Assembly (NCBI RefSeq): GCF_001186125.1
Contig: NW_014040463.1
Span: 75,722 to 132,783, forward strand
Direction: 5' to 3'
DNA from: Sphaeroforma arctica JP610
Taxonomy: Eukaryota
DNA length: 57,062 nucleotides
Every line of letters begins with the position of its first letter. The stretch's first letter is position 1. Both the position numbers and the translations under genes were made by a program. Positions 1-13,089 of this stretch are shown here, piece after piece. The notes under the pieces were generated by a model. It had not been told where the DNA came from and made no database searches. It worked only from the letters and a program-made list of their open reading frames with translations.

Positions 1-258
1 GTGTGTGTGTTTTGTGTGTGTGTGTGCTACTACATATGTAGTTGTCTATATTAAATACCCACAATTTTATATATATACATTCATTCCCATTCATGATGCC
101 GCTGTACTTATCATGGCACAATGCAATCTTGTGTACCCACGAACTAAGCACGTCCAATAGTCTTTATTATTGTCTCTCCTGGCGCTATTCATAAAGTTCT
201 GCTATTAAATAACTCAGTAACGCTCTTCCTCTACACATACCACGTATTCTCTGCACAG

Positions 259-3200
259 TACCACTGCACTCCCACCCGCACACACAGCCAGTCCGCGTGC
301 AGACAGGGCAGATGCGCCTGTGACGCTGAGCATCAACTGGGTGGACGACACTCACGTACTACGCAACCTAAGCCCAGCCACCACGACCGTACGTGATGTC
401 AAACAAAGACTCAAGAACCTGACTACCCTGGACGTATCGCGACAGTCGCTGTACAACAACAGTGTGTTGGATCCGTCCGATCTGATGACACTGGAGCAAC
501 TTAACTTGGGATCAGACACTACGCTGTTGCTTGTGGACAGGGGCGAGGACGGGGCCAGGGACAATGCACCGGAGGTCGTGTCGAGTGAACCGGAAGAGAG
601 GCCCAGGGGGAACATGTTTGCTGCTTTGGGTATGATTGGTGTTATTTATGTTGGTGTTAGAGGGAATATGTTTGCGTCTTTTGGTATGTTTTGTGTCATT
701 TGTGTTGATGTCAGGGGATATATTTTTGCTGTTTTAGATATGTCTGTGTCAGTTGGATTGAGGTGTAATTTCTCGAGTGTGCTAATTTGGAGGCCGGTGT
801 GTTCACCTGCTCTGGGTATGACTGTGCCATTGTACTGGTGTCATTGGGACCATTCTGGCTACTTTAGGTTTGGTTTCGTCAGTAGTGTACTTTTAAAGGG
901 AGCAACAAGTCTGCTGATTTGAATCGGACATCCAACTGTTCTTACTCCTAGAGGTTGAGTGTATGCCTACTATGATTGCTTATCTATCTACACTGAATCC
1001 GTGGTAGAGTTTGGTGTCTATGTTCTCTTGCATGAATGCTGTCAGGCGGCACTGAGTTTCAACTGGGTAGTCCCAGTGCATCAGGTACATTCCAGCACAA
1101 CTGTCTGTATGTGCACACCAATCCAACGCACTGTGCCACGTGTTCGTGCTACCTGCATGGCTTCACACTCCCCGCCCATGGTATAGCTGTGACTGTGTAT
1201 GAAGTGAGGAGTACGTTTCCTTTGTCTGTTGTCCTCGATTGCCCCACTTTTCAAACTGGGAAAGAGCCTTACCGTCCTGGCGTGTGTGAAAACTCTGACC
1301 AGCTTAATATGTAGATGATACTTGGAGACGACGCTATATCACAGTGTCTAGTAACGGAAACTATTTCATCCCTGCGAGTGGGCGCTTGTTCGTTGGATAG
1401 GGTAGTGATTGGGTGCTGGTATTGTGCCTAACTTTGGTGTAGCATTGACCCAATAGATCTCTTCCACCGCTTCATCGGGTGAGAAACAATACAGCAGTCT
1501 GGCAGTATGGTAGTATAACAACTGTAGTGTAGTGCAGTGTGTTAGGCTTTGGTCTCAGGGCTGCCCTGTACATTCAGGCCCACATACTCAAGCAAGGTGG
1601 CGTCAGCTCGTGATTATCTCTTCAACCACAGATCCCTAGTTCATTGGTCTTCATTGCTCAAACGGTAGATATCCTCGTACCTATTAAGGGGCGTGAGACT
1701 AGTCCTATGTATCAATGCTACTAGTTTACCAGCGGCTGCTAAAACCGCGGTTTACCCCATGTCGACAACATATTATAAACCAGGTTTTTCTCCCCATCTA
1801 TGCATTGTAGGCCATGGAAATAACGGGGATGCTTACCCGGTGGATCAGCCGAACTTGCAATCAGACAGCGACGACGATGCGGCCTCGTTCGCGTCGTACG
1901 ATGATTACGAGGATGAAAGTAAGTGGTAGTTGAGATGGTTCGTATCTCTGTTGTTCTACGTACTTGCGTAACTATAAATTAGAACTGCGTATTGTCGTAC
2001 CAGTCCGTTGGGGCACGCCCATCACAGGAAAAGTAGCCGCGGCTCCAGATATGGACATAACCTTCGTAGGGGTTGTTCACGTGGACAGCAATCCGTGAAA
2101 TACTAGTTGATCTTTTGAACTTCAGATATCTTGGTATAGATTTAATCCGAGTATACACATCCGTGAAATACTAGTTGGTCGTTTGAACTTCAGATATCTT
2201 GGTATAGATTTAATCCGAGTATACACATCCGTGAAGTCCCGGAGTCCCCTTTTTGAAGAGATAGTTGGAGATCACACACCACCCCACCCCCCACTTAATC
2301 ACTGCGAATATCTTGATATCGATAAACAAGCACTGGCTCTCGCGTAGTTCGATCTGTGCGATTGGCATTGAACATACGATGGAACATTCCAATTTGTTGC
2401 CAAATATCAAACGCATACATGACACCTATCGAGTGCACTAGTGGTCTCTCCTGATCTGTATCCGTATATGATATTTATCTACTTTAACGCTCCGATCTCC
2501 GTTTGCGATTGTCCTTACATACCGTATACGTTTCTATATATATATATATTTATATTTATATATATATATACCCACACGAGGATTATTGTGCATACTTATT
2601 CAGTACTTTGTCCACCCTGGCTCCGCTTGCAGGTTTCCCAACATACAATGAAGACTACGACATGGACGAGGACATAGCCCCGCCCAGTTTTGCCCGTCCA
2701 ACGCAATCGCTCATCGACCAGGCGGCGTTCAATGCGCGAGATGCTTCACAACAGTTCGCTATCAACGTAAGTGAATCGCAGATGATCACTACGTGTTCGA
2801 GGAATTGATTGGTTCACCTGGTATCTACCTCTCTTGTATATACAGATCCAACAATGCTAGTGTTTAGGGTTAGGATTTATCCTTTATCGTCTGTTGGCCT
2901 ATGACACGCTACTTGCATGCCTAAACCAAAGTCCATCTGGCTAGTGTGTGCTATTCCGTATTGCACACAACTACATGCTACGCCTCCAGGAATGCAGCTA
3001 GTGCGACTTTGATGCTTATGTACGAAGGCTTTCAACCGAAATGTATGCCTTAGTGTATGCAAGTGATTACTATGTACCGATGTATAGCAATGGAGTGCTG
3101 TGTTTTATTGTTTTAGTTTTAGGGTTTTATAAAAAATTGCATATACATACACACCACACATACATCACAATAACCTACACTATACTACTCGCATGAACAT

Positions 3201-3948
3201 GCACGCACACACGCGTATACTCCCTGTTCGCACAATAAATCATTTGCCCACAAACTGCCCGACTCCAAACTGATATATTGTACCGAATTATATGTTATTT
3301 ATACAAGCCCTTGTTACGTACCCATGATAAGCATGGTACGTCTTACACCCGTGCTCACAAATATCCCTGCTATCTCCGGCCTAAATGGAGTGCATGGGTA
3401 CCTACCCATGGCAGAGATATTTGTGTGTGTGTGTTCACCAAACTGCACACATTCTCACACATGCCAACACGTACCTTTCCATACACGCAACTATACAGTT
3501 CAACGAGAAGTACGCTGGAGGAAACCCTGTGAACTTCCGCGAGGGTACTTTCACAGACGTTTTGACCCAGGCTAAACAGGAGTCCAAGCCATTGCTCGTG
3601 TACATTCACAGTAATATCTCAGTGGAGACCAATGTCTACTGTGTAGCTAGTCTGTGCACACCAGCTGTGAGTAGCCTGATAAACGAGAGATTCATCGCCT
3701 GGGGCTGGGATGTGACATACGAGGTATGTTCAAGTCGGCAAACGATATATATATATATTATAGTGCATATATGTACGTATACATGTATCTATGTACTTAT
3801 CTATGTACGTATGTAAGTATTCGTCCAGGCATGTATTCATATATATATATATATATATTTATGTGTGTGTGTGTGTGTGTGCATGTATATTCGTATTCTA
3901 TTTAACCCATATTCATGTTTTAGCAGGCTCTAATATCTGTATGTATGG

Positions 3949-4018
<70 letters not shown>

Positions 4019-5428
4019 ATGTATATATATTCATTTATTAATATACATAGATATAGATATATATATATATATATGAATGTATTGTGAGTAATTTATTTAG
4101 TTCACGAACGGTGTAGAGTCAAATAGCGTTATACTTTATATCATCACAGTAGTGTAATAGCTTGCAAGATTATGAGGACTGATCATCCCATAACCTTGTC
4201 TTTCAACGAGATATTGCCTATCGTCAGTCCCCTCTGGTTACTGACACAATATCCCTCCGAGTGCCCGGCCTCCTCTGCAGTCCGGCACTCGTCGTCTATA
4301 TGTTTTACATTACTTTACAGCCTATGCTCATGTTCTATTGTATACATTTTACAGCCTCATCATATCTGTAAAACCAATATCACTAGAGACACAGTACTGG
4401 TATTCCACCCTAAAACTAACCCCTCATACACCTTAGTCATCCTTCATGACCCACTACTACACGTGGGCCACACACACATAATATATATCTATATCCATAT
4501 CTATATCTATATCTATATATGTCTATATGTATATATGTGTATATGTATATATATATATATATACATATATACATATATACATATACACATATATACAATA
4601 TATATATATATGTATGTATGTATGTATATGACTCATATATGACTGATATACTGTTTTCCTTCGTTCCCATCCACACAGAGCAACCGAGACCTGCTTACGA
4701 CGCAGATAACACACCCGATGTACGGCCAATTGGTACGGACACCTGAGAACTGCCCCTTCACAGCCGTTGTTCTGAATACAGACGAGGATTCACGGTTATT
4801 CGATTTCTGGAAGTACGAAAGCGGGGAAGGCTTGTACGAAAAGCTCTTTGAACTTCTGGCGAGAGCGGACCCCATTTTGGAAGTGCAATCGTAAGACAGC
4901 GCAGTGCAAGCGCACCAGTGGCATGAATCGGAAGTATCAGGATGTGTTCTCTGGCTGTGTCAATGTATCTAATACGGGTTGACCGGATGCATTGCAGTCT
5001 CTGTCTTTCTCGAGCTCAGCTGTGGATATCACTTCATTGCAGAGTTCGATTTGATCACTTCACTACAGAGTTCGATTTGTTTGTTTGTTTGTTTTTTTGG
5101 GTATTCTAGAGAGCAGTCTGTTTGTATGATACCGATTCAAATTTTCTGATAGAATTGGCATTTGTACAACTCGGACTACAGTGCGTTAAATAGGAAACGA
5201 AAAGAAGACACAGAGACCCGATTGTGGGAGCAAAAAGAACAAAACAGTGCATATGAGCAATCCCTTGAAGATGACCGGGCCAAGGTATGCTGCATCTATT
5301 ACGAACCCCTCACGTACCAGCATGCGTATGTGCACATACGTCAACTAAGAAAATTGTAATGTCCTCGATGAGTTTTAGCGGATATGTGTATGTCTCTATT
5401 CTTCCATTCTTGTTATATGTATATATAT

Positions 5429-5470
<42 letters not shown>

Positions 5471-7353
5471 CATGCATGTATGTGTATACGCACCTTTGCA
5501 ACTCCATTGACTTTATTGTATCCACCCGTCGCCACGCCCCAGGAAACGCAAAGGAAACTCGAGGAGTTGGAGAGAAAGATGAAGCAAGACGAGGAAGACG
5601 CGAGGATAGCGCAGGAGCAGGTTTGTCTATGTACTGTGATCGATCGATTCTTCTAGCAAACACCGTACAAGCAAGTACATTCATTCTAGTTATAGAGGGG
5701 ATGAAGCCACTGTGTGCGCGTATTGGTGTACGAATGTAGCTGGCGAGAATCGGGATGGTCCTTGCCTGTGTGTATGAAGTACAAAAGCAGAGTATGCATA
5801 CATGCTCTTTGTTTTGCGTGAATCTGTAAGTAGATGTATGTAAACGAATAGTTGCATCTGCTTGTTGGTTGCATACTCTGACACGTCACATACGCATTCG
5901 CAACATGTATTGCGCATTGGTGCGTGCATGCAATTTCCACCATTAGCACCCGAGCTTAGTATGGAGGGTTTTACCCTTATTCATATATAAACAGGCAGAG
6001 ATACAGAAGTTGGAGGACGCGATGGTCTCCGAACCTCCTGTCGACTGCGGGAAGCCCATGAGCAGTATCAAGTTTAAGTGCCCCGAGGGTGAAGTGTTTG
6101 ATAGGCGCTTTCTGATGGACGAACACCGAGTCAAGGTACGAGATACACAACACACACGCACGCCAGAATGTCCCAGCCCTGCCCATGTGCCACGGGTGTT
6201 GGTTGCAAGAAAGGATCAATGTGTTGGAGAAGGTGTACGGTGCGTGTAACACATACGTGGCTGGATATGGCACTAGTGTTTATAGATACGCAACAACTCA
6301 CATGCCTGGAGTCGCACTCTCGGCATGCCACCCGCCCACAGAATCTAGTTGTTTGTACTGTACGAGCACGCCAACCCCTACATAAACCCCGTTTCATCAA
6401 CGGGATGTAGGCTTGTATCTTGTTACTGTATGCAGTTAGCGTACCCACAATCCGTATACCTACAGGATGTACTCCCCTGCGCTACCCACGTATACTATTC
6501 ACCTCCACACAACCCATCCATCAACAGCATCTAGTCTGATATTATGTACTACTCCTACATACGTTCCAACGATACACAATCCGTAGACCTACAATATGAG
6601 TTAGTCACATATGCAGCCTTTACAATATGGACCTGCCCACAATCCGTATACCTACAGGATGAGCTAGTCACATATGCTCCCTTTACATGGACCTACCCAC
6701 AATCCGTATACCACCTGCAGGGTAAGCTAGTCACGTATGCTGCCTTTACATGGACTTGCCCACAATCCGTATATCTACAGGATGAGCTAGTCACATGGGC
6801 TCCCTTTACGTGGACCTACCCACAATCTGTATACCTGTAGGGTAAGCTAGCCACGTATGCTGCCTGTACATGGACTTGCCCACAATCCGTATACCTACAG
6901 GATCTGATCACTTACACTGACTATGCCGACTGCACAATTGATACAATCCGTCCAGTGCAAAATCCGTTCACTTTCGCTGTCTCTAAATGCATTCCACCTA
7001 CACACTTCTGATCTCCTATACTGTGCATGCACACTATACGCGAAAACACATCTCAATCATGCACAGGAGTCGTATACTTGCGGACACACAATCCATTTGC
7101 CAATGATTTATTATACACGTAGAATCCGTTCCTCCGCTGGTTTCGAACATCTCTACTTACTAATAACTACCACAAAATCCGTATATACCTACAGGATCTG
7201 ATCACCTATGCAGGGTCTAAGGGATACACTGAACCAGATTTTGTACTGGCCACAAGCTATCCCAGGCGGGTGCTCAACGACGGTGGCAGGGCGCTCACGC
7301 TGAGAGAGGCTAGAATGGCCCAGCGAGAGCTCATACACATCAGTGAACGATAG
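259..7353 (+). CDS. FAF1/UBXN-like p97(Cdc48) adaptor with ubiquitin-like, UAS, coiled-coil and UBX domains; 5' exon(s) lie upstream of the first exon found
   Basis: Phase-consistent GT-AG exons: 259-629 ([18 protein letters not shown]...QSLY), 1811-1918, 2633-2766, 3499-3723 ([16 protein letters not shown]...FIAWGWDVT), 4679-4890, 5182-5284 ([16 protein letters not shown]), 5543-5620, 5995-6135 ([15 protein letters not shown]), 7195-7353 ([10 protein letters not shown]...LTLREA, stop TAG). Confidence 0.85.
606..742 (+). repeat. About 3 degenerate ~54-bp tandem copies spanning a splice donor
   Basis: ggggaacatgtttgctgctttgggtatg / gggaatatgtttgcgtcttttggtatg / ggggatatatttttgctgttttagatatg. 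Confidence 0.7.
2091..2236. repeat. 68-bp intronic tandem duplication
   Basis: atccgtgaaatactagttg...tttaatccgagtatacac occurs twice with 2 substitutions, plus a partial third start. Confidence 0.9.
3745..5490. repeat. Intronic (AT)n/(GT)n/(ATGT)n microsatellite patches (3745-4080, 4470-4640, 5415-5490)
   Basis: Directly visible dinucleotide runs. Confidence 0.9.
6442..6911 (+). repeat. ~57-63-bp minisatellite containing copies of the downstream splice acceptor
   Basis: Unit cccacaatccgtatacctacaggatgagctagtcacatatgc..., about 7 copies. Confidence 0.9.
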
Positions 7354-7666
7354 ACTCGAGGATACGCACGTGTGTATACGAGAGATCATACGCATCAGTG
7401 AACGGTAGACTCAAGGGTACGCATGTGTGTATACGAGAGCTCATACACATCAGTGAACGATAGACCCAAGGATACGCATGTGTATATACGAGAGCCCATA
7501 CACATCAATGAACGATAGACTCAAGGGTACGCATGTGTGTATACGAAAGATCATACGCATCAGTCAACGAGAGATCATACGCATCAGTGAACGATAGACC
7601 CAAAGATACGCATGTGTATATACGAGAGCTCATACACATCAGTGAAGGATACGCATGTGTATATAC
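7325..7666 (+). repeat. ~55-bp minisatellite starting in the last codons and stop of the UBX gene
   Basis: Unit gagagctcatacacatcagtgaacgatagactcaaggatacgcatgtgtatatac, about 6-7 copies. Confidence 0.9.
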
Positions 7667-8291
7667 GTTAACGGTGTACAATACTGGACCGTGGGGTTAC
7701 TTGGCCAGCGTGCTGGGTTGGTGTATCTGATCCATGCAGTGGGTGGTGGAAAGTTGGTTGAGTGAATGCTGGCTGCGGACAGCGTCGTGCGTGTACTTTC
7801 TCAACTGTTGCAAACCTAAAATGCTAATAAAGTTTTCCCTTATCGCAATTGAAGATTTTTAGTCTGTTGTTTTTGTAGTTGTTTAAAAAGGACTATTTTT
7901 GGTTATGCATATTGCTTGTCTCATTTGCTGGCCTGTTTGATTTTGTATGTTCGGGTGTTCTATATCCGTCCTCTTCAGCTTCCAGGGCAAGGTGGTAAAC
8001 TGACGGCACAGTCAGTCAACACATGCGATTGGACATATACATCATAGGTATATCTATATAGGTGGTTGCCTGCATATATTTCTATTTATCATATGGTTAT
8101 GATCCAATATGAGGAATGCAAGCCATTTGATAAGGTCAGAGATGGTGGCCCTGTTGACCAGGAAACCGCATCTGAGAACGTTTATGACCATACGGCCATA
8201 TGCAGTGACTACGGAGATACGAAGTGACTACGGAGATAGCAGAACATCGAAAGCAGCCACCGCAGTCTGATTGTATAGGCCGGATACGACA

Positions 8292-8456
8292 ATAAAAAAA
8301 CAATAATTCATCTCCTCGTGGAAGAAACATCCGAAAGGGATGAGCAAGCTCCCACCGAGCACGACTAAGGGATACGATATATAAAAATTCATTATTCTCC
8401 TCGCGCAAGAAACATCGGAATGGATGAGCAAGCTACCACCGAGCACGACTAAGGGG
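8292..8456. repeat. ~84-bp tandem duplication
   Basis: tctcctcg..aagaaacatc..ggatgagcaagct.ccaccgagcacgactaaggg occurs twice. Confidence 0.8.
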
Positions 8457-10248
8457 TTTTTGTGTGGAAGGTATACATACCAGTCCACTGAGATGTGTGG
8501 TGTATGTATTGTATTGAGGTGGAAATTAATACGTTTATCAAGTCTGAATTGAAGAGGAGCCGATCCTAAGGCATAACAGAATCTGGAAGTAATGCGACCT
8601 ACACTTCAGACGTTGACTGGTCTACTTTTTCTGCCGAGCTTACGTATACTGAGGTGCTTATCATTCGTTAAATGACATTTTTATTGGTATAAATACATAT
8701 AATCCGTGCCGTATCTCCACTTCATCATCCCGCCCCACGCTTAATGGATGATCCTGGAGTTCCTAGCGTCAGCCATACCTCTCTCACATATAGCCGGTTG
8801 TACATATACAGCTAGTTGTAGGGACCCATGTCGTCTGCTGGTACACACCTTCTGTGACTTTCGCTTGATCAGAAAGAGCTGTTAACGCACCCGACCTGTT
8901 AAATGGGCACAGGTGATCCTGCCAGCGATCTGTATTACACAGTCGCCCGACATGGTAGTATCGTTCTTTGTGTGACGGCGACTCAGCCAGGTGTGTTAAG
9001 CAACCTCCTGAGTCTGGAAGAACAAGCCATAGTCACTCATCGGTGCCTTTTACACCGTCGCCATCAACATCATATTGTATTGGTCAATTGCAAGCTGTCA
9101 ATATCTATGACAGTCCTGTCAACGTCACAGTAAGGTCATAGATATGGAAAGTCACTATTCAATTGACCAAGGAAGTATATCGCCGTTTATGGGTCTACGG
9201 CCCATATCATCGCTGATGTTGGCGGTGACAGTGCAAGAGGCACATATGTTTTATGAACAATGATGTAAAAGATTGATTGCTCACTACTGAGCTCATACCC
9301 ATATACATTAGTCAAGTACGAAATCATATTAAGATCAAAACTAATAATCATGTACAATCATATGCAGTACATTTTAATCTGCATATGGGTGTGCAGGTTG
9401 AAGTTGTAACCATAGTATGGTCCTACACTTCGTTATTGTATGATGATATGACTTCGGTTGTGAACAATCTGGGCTCTATATACATATAAAATATATCCAT
9501 GAATTGAGACCTAACTTGTTTTTTACCCCATCATGGTATGCTCTATCAAGATGTTTGAATCTACCTGTACATTTTTGCTAGGGTTTGTATATTATATTCG
9601 ATATACACATAGCATCGAGTAGGAACAAAGAGGTTGAGGTAACAACCAGTACAATATGGTTGGCTCTACGGTATGCTGGTCACTCGCACTAAAAATAGAA
9701 CAATGTATCGCTGTCTACAGTCTACACTGTACACACTATACCGTAATTACCCATCGCATCGAAGGATTAGTTAGATGCTAATGATCATAAACATTGGACA
9801 CTTGCACTAGCCACCGGGCAAAGACCAGTAGGCCATGTATTAGAAAGGGTGAATTTATGATGGAATGGACAGACTACCATCAATACACACGAGAGAGTAG
9901 TCACATGAGGCTCAGTGATGACTTAAGGGTGGTAGAGCGTCGTTGTAACGTCAGACGAAGTGGTTGGGAGTAATAACTTCGAAAGTATGCAGAATATTTG
10001 TCTAGCATTCTGGAGGGTTGGGTGGTATTGGTGTTTGTGAAATATGAAGCGGTGGAAATGTGTGAAGGGACTGTTGCCGCAGGCACTTCACTCTCTGGCA
10101 ACTACCCAAGTATCCGGATGGAACATGAATACGTCAGAGTGACACCTAAATTTCGAGATCTTTGTATTCTCAACACATATACGAACAAGCATGTAAAGGT
10201 GATATATAAGTATATTAATATGTATATATATAAATATGCATGTATATA

Positions 10249-10268
10249 NNNNNNNNNNNNNNNNNNNN
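10249..10268. other. Assembly gap inside an (AT)n microsatellite
   Basis: 20 N bases flanked by (AT)n. Confidence 0.99.
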
Positions 10269-10331
<63 letters not shown>

Positions 10332-11122
10332 ATATATATATATATATATCTATATATATATATTTGAGTGTGTATGAGTGGGCGTAAATAATTATATATA
10401 TATATATATATATTGGGTGTATGTGTAGGTCTGTATTTGCGTGATTTCGTGCGATTTTGTGTTTTTGATACACGATCCATTGCCAGATGCACCTTCAGTT
10501 CAGATCATTATATGGCAACGATAAATAGAACAACGAAACAAAAAACTATAGTGTCACCAGTACGTGAACGGCAGTGCGGACTTCATTGTGATAATAAGGA
10601 ACTGGTATTACAGTATATTGATCTAATAGAAGTTGCGAGTTGTTCGATTGCATACACGAACGACTAACCTTATTGCGCCATCATTCATATTTGATAGCCG
10701 TTCATGAAGCAGCGCTATGTCTTTAATATGTACATACATTGTTTTGTACAATATAGTTATTAAAATGAAGCTTTACATATTATACTCCCTTCTCGTAATT
10801 TTACAGAGTGTATTTATTTACACTATCTCAGTACTACACCTATTATCTAAAAATAAATCATTTTTGCCTCGGTACTACCTACTCTTCAATCAAAACGCTT
10901 GTGTAATATAATATATATTTCATTCCGTCGTAAACCATATACTGTCGCAAATGCTCTTCAATTGCACTAAATTGATCCCAGCCATTTTGAAATTTTGTAT
11001 TCTAACATTTTCTACCGTCGTAAACACGGGGGTTATTGATCTCCATACAGCTCCTCGCGTGCATATTTTGGTTTGAGAACTGTAACACATGGATTTCAAT
11101 ACTAAAACAGACCGGGACGGCA

Positions 11123-11144
11123 CTTCCTAGTTCCTTTTCTCACC
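11123..11144 (+). promoter_or_regulatory. Pyrimidine-rich (TOP/TCT-like) tract just upstream of the RPS9 start codon
   Basis: cttcctagttccttttctcacc ends about 16 nt before the ATG; typical of ribosomal protein gene start sites; TSS not verified. Confidence 0.4.
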
Positions 11145-11159
11145 ACATAGAGTTGCATT

Positions 11160-13089
11160 ATGACTGGCCAGAGACCCAACTGTAAGTGAGAATTAGCAAG
11201 GATGAGTGAGAATAAGCACAGTATAGCGTAGTGTAGGGAGCGTACCGTATAGGGTAGGATCTATGCCAACACGAAGAATCAATCGGAACGACTATTAGCG
11301 TGGGAATAGGAGCTGATGAGGTCCATATACAACCATATATACAGTCATCAACCAAAAATATATATATATATATTGCCGATATATGAAGCAGCAATATAGG
11401 TCCACGCATACAAGCTTTGAGAATAGAGAGAAACAAAACAGGATCCAACGACCGCTGTCTGTCAAACCAGCATTTCCACAACAACCGCCATGAAATATAT
11501 TTAATACAATATGACAGTATCCGATCGCCTACATACCTGACAGTGACCGTAGTATTCGTTTTTGAGAGAACAATCTGCAAGTATCTTCGCATATTAGAAT
11601 ATGCATATATTCACAGCAGTATTTCGGGCAAAGTAGAAAGGGGGAGGAACGAGTTGCGAAGCATCTTGTTAGAGGTTCACTGCCGTATATATGTATATAT
11701 CACCATGTATGTGTGTGTGTAAATGACCTGTTCCTTGGAGACATTCTCTAGTTTATCCACTCATATATACAAAATGAACGTTTGTAATTTGTAGTTTCCA
11801 AGGTCTACAAGACCCCTCGTCGTCCTTTTGAAAAGGAGCGTCTCGATCAGGAGTTGAAGTTCGTCGGAGAGTTCGGACTTCGTAACAAGCGTGAAGTATG
11901 GCGCGTCAAGTACAGTCTTGCTAAGATCCGCAAGGTATGTAGCTTTTTAGACCGCGAATTGTTCAGCGTATCAATTTTTTGACAAATAATTAATATCTCA
12001 AATATGCCTATTTGGTGCAATCGTTGTCTCGATCTCCTTGTACCAATATCACAGCAACCTTTGGCAAACTGACTCGTCATCGCATGTAATATATATTTGT
12101 ATGAGTTTTATATCGACCTTACTACCGTGGTCGAATGGACCAGGATCTCAAATGTTATGTATGTCTTTTTTTGTGCAATTGCCGTCTCGATCTCCATGTA
12201 CCAATATCACAACAACAACCTATGGCAAACTGACTCGTCATTGTACGTAATACATATTTGTATGAATCGTATATCGATCTTACTACTGCTCGAATGGACC
12301 GGGTCAGATCGATCACTGTATTAATATCGCGCATACATCTTCGTCTGCAATCAGGCTGCCCGTGATCTTCTAACCCTAGAAGACAAGGACCCCCGACGCC
12401 TGTTCGAGGGTAACGCGCTTCTGCGTCGCCTGATTCGCATTGGTGTGCTTGATGATACCCAGATGAAGCTCGATTACGTTCTGAATTTGAAGACCGAGGA
12501 TTTCCTTGAGCGTCGTCTTCAGACCCAGGTATGATTCAAAATGGTGTGCATGGCGTAGTAGACAGTAAGTTCAATCGCGTTTTGTTTTTATTGAATTTCC
12601 GTAAGCTACATAGCATATATGGTTAGAATAACATAATTAATCATAGGAAGGGAAAGTCGTATTATTTGATACAGTTTTAATTTTTATGTATGTGTATTAT
12701 GTCTTCATTTCAAGCTAGAATGTGTCGTTTTTAAAACATTTCAACCACGAATATGGTGGTACCATATAATAGGGGGCTATTCTCGAGCTTATGTACTTTG
12801 ATGGATGCCTTGACTAATTAGAAATATCTGTATAATCATCTTTCTTGTTACACAGGTCATGAAGCTTGGTCTAGCCCGTTCCATTCATCACGCCCGTGTC
12901 CTTATCCGTCAGCGTCACATCCGCGTCGGTAAGCAGCTGGTAAACATCCCCTCATTCGTTGTGCGTGTAGACTCACAGAAGCATATTGACTTCAGTTTGA
13001 ACTCTCCTTTCGGTGGAGGCCGTGCTGGACGTGTCAAGCGTAAGAACGCCGGCAAGACGTCTGATGACGCTGAAGATGACGAGGAGTAA
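11160..13089 (+). CDS. RPS9: 40S ribosomal protein S9 (uS4)
   Basis: Exons 11160-11181, 11795-11934, 12355-12528, 12856-13089 splice in phase to [29 protein letters not shown]...EGNALLRRL...[33 protein letters not shown]...GRVKRKN. Confidence 0.97.
11995..12305. repeat. ~160-bp diverged tandem duplication in RPS9 intron 2
   Basis: tgcaat..gtctcgatctcc.tgtaccaatatcac..ggcaaactgactcgtcat..tcgaatggacc occurs twice. Confidence 0.85.

Noticed and set aside
1405..1492. Two hairpins followed by ACA in a UBX-gene intron
   Set aside because: No valid ANANNA H box; probably chance structure.
6442..7666. Regularly spaced repeats superficially like a CRISPR array
   Set aside because: The units are contiguous tandem copies with no unique spacers, the context is a eukaryotic intron and UTR, and there are no cas genes.
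7700..11000. Possible spliced minus-strand gene between the UBX gene and RPS9
   Set aside because: Only short ORFs, with no recognisable domain or phase-consistent exon chain.
11312..11330. CTGATGAG hammerhead-like core in RPS9 intron 1
   Set aside because: No matching stem II or GAAA partner.
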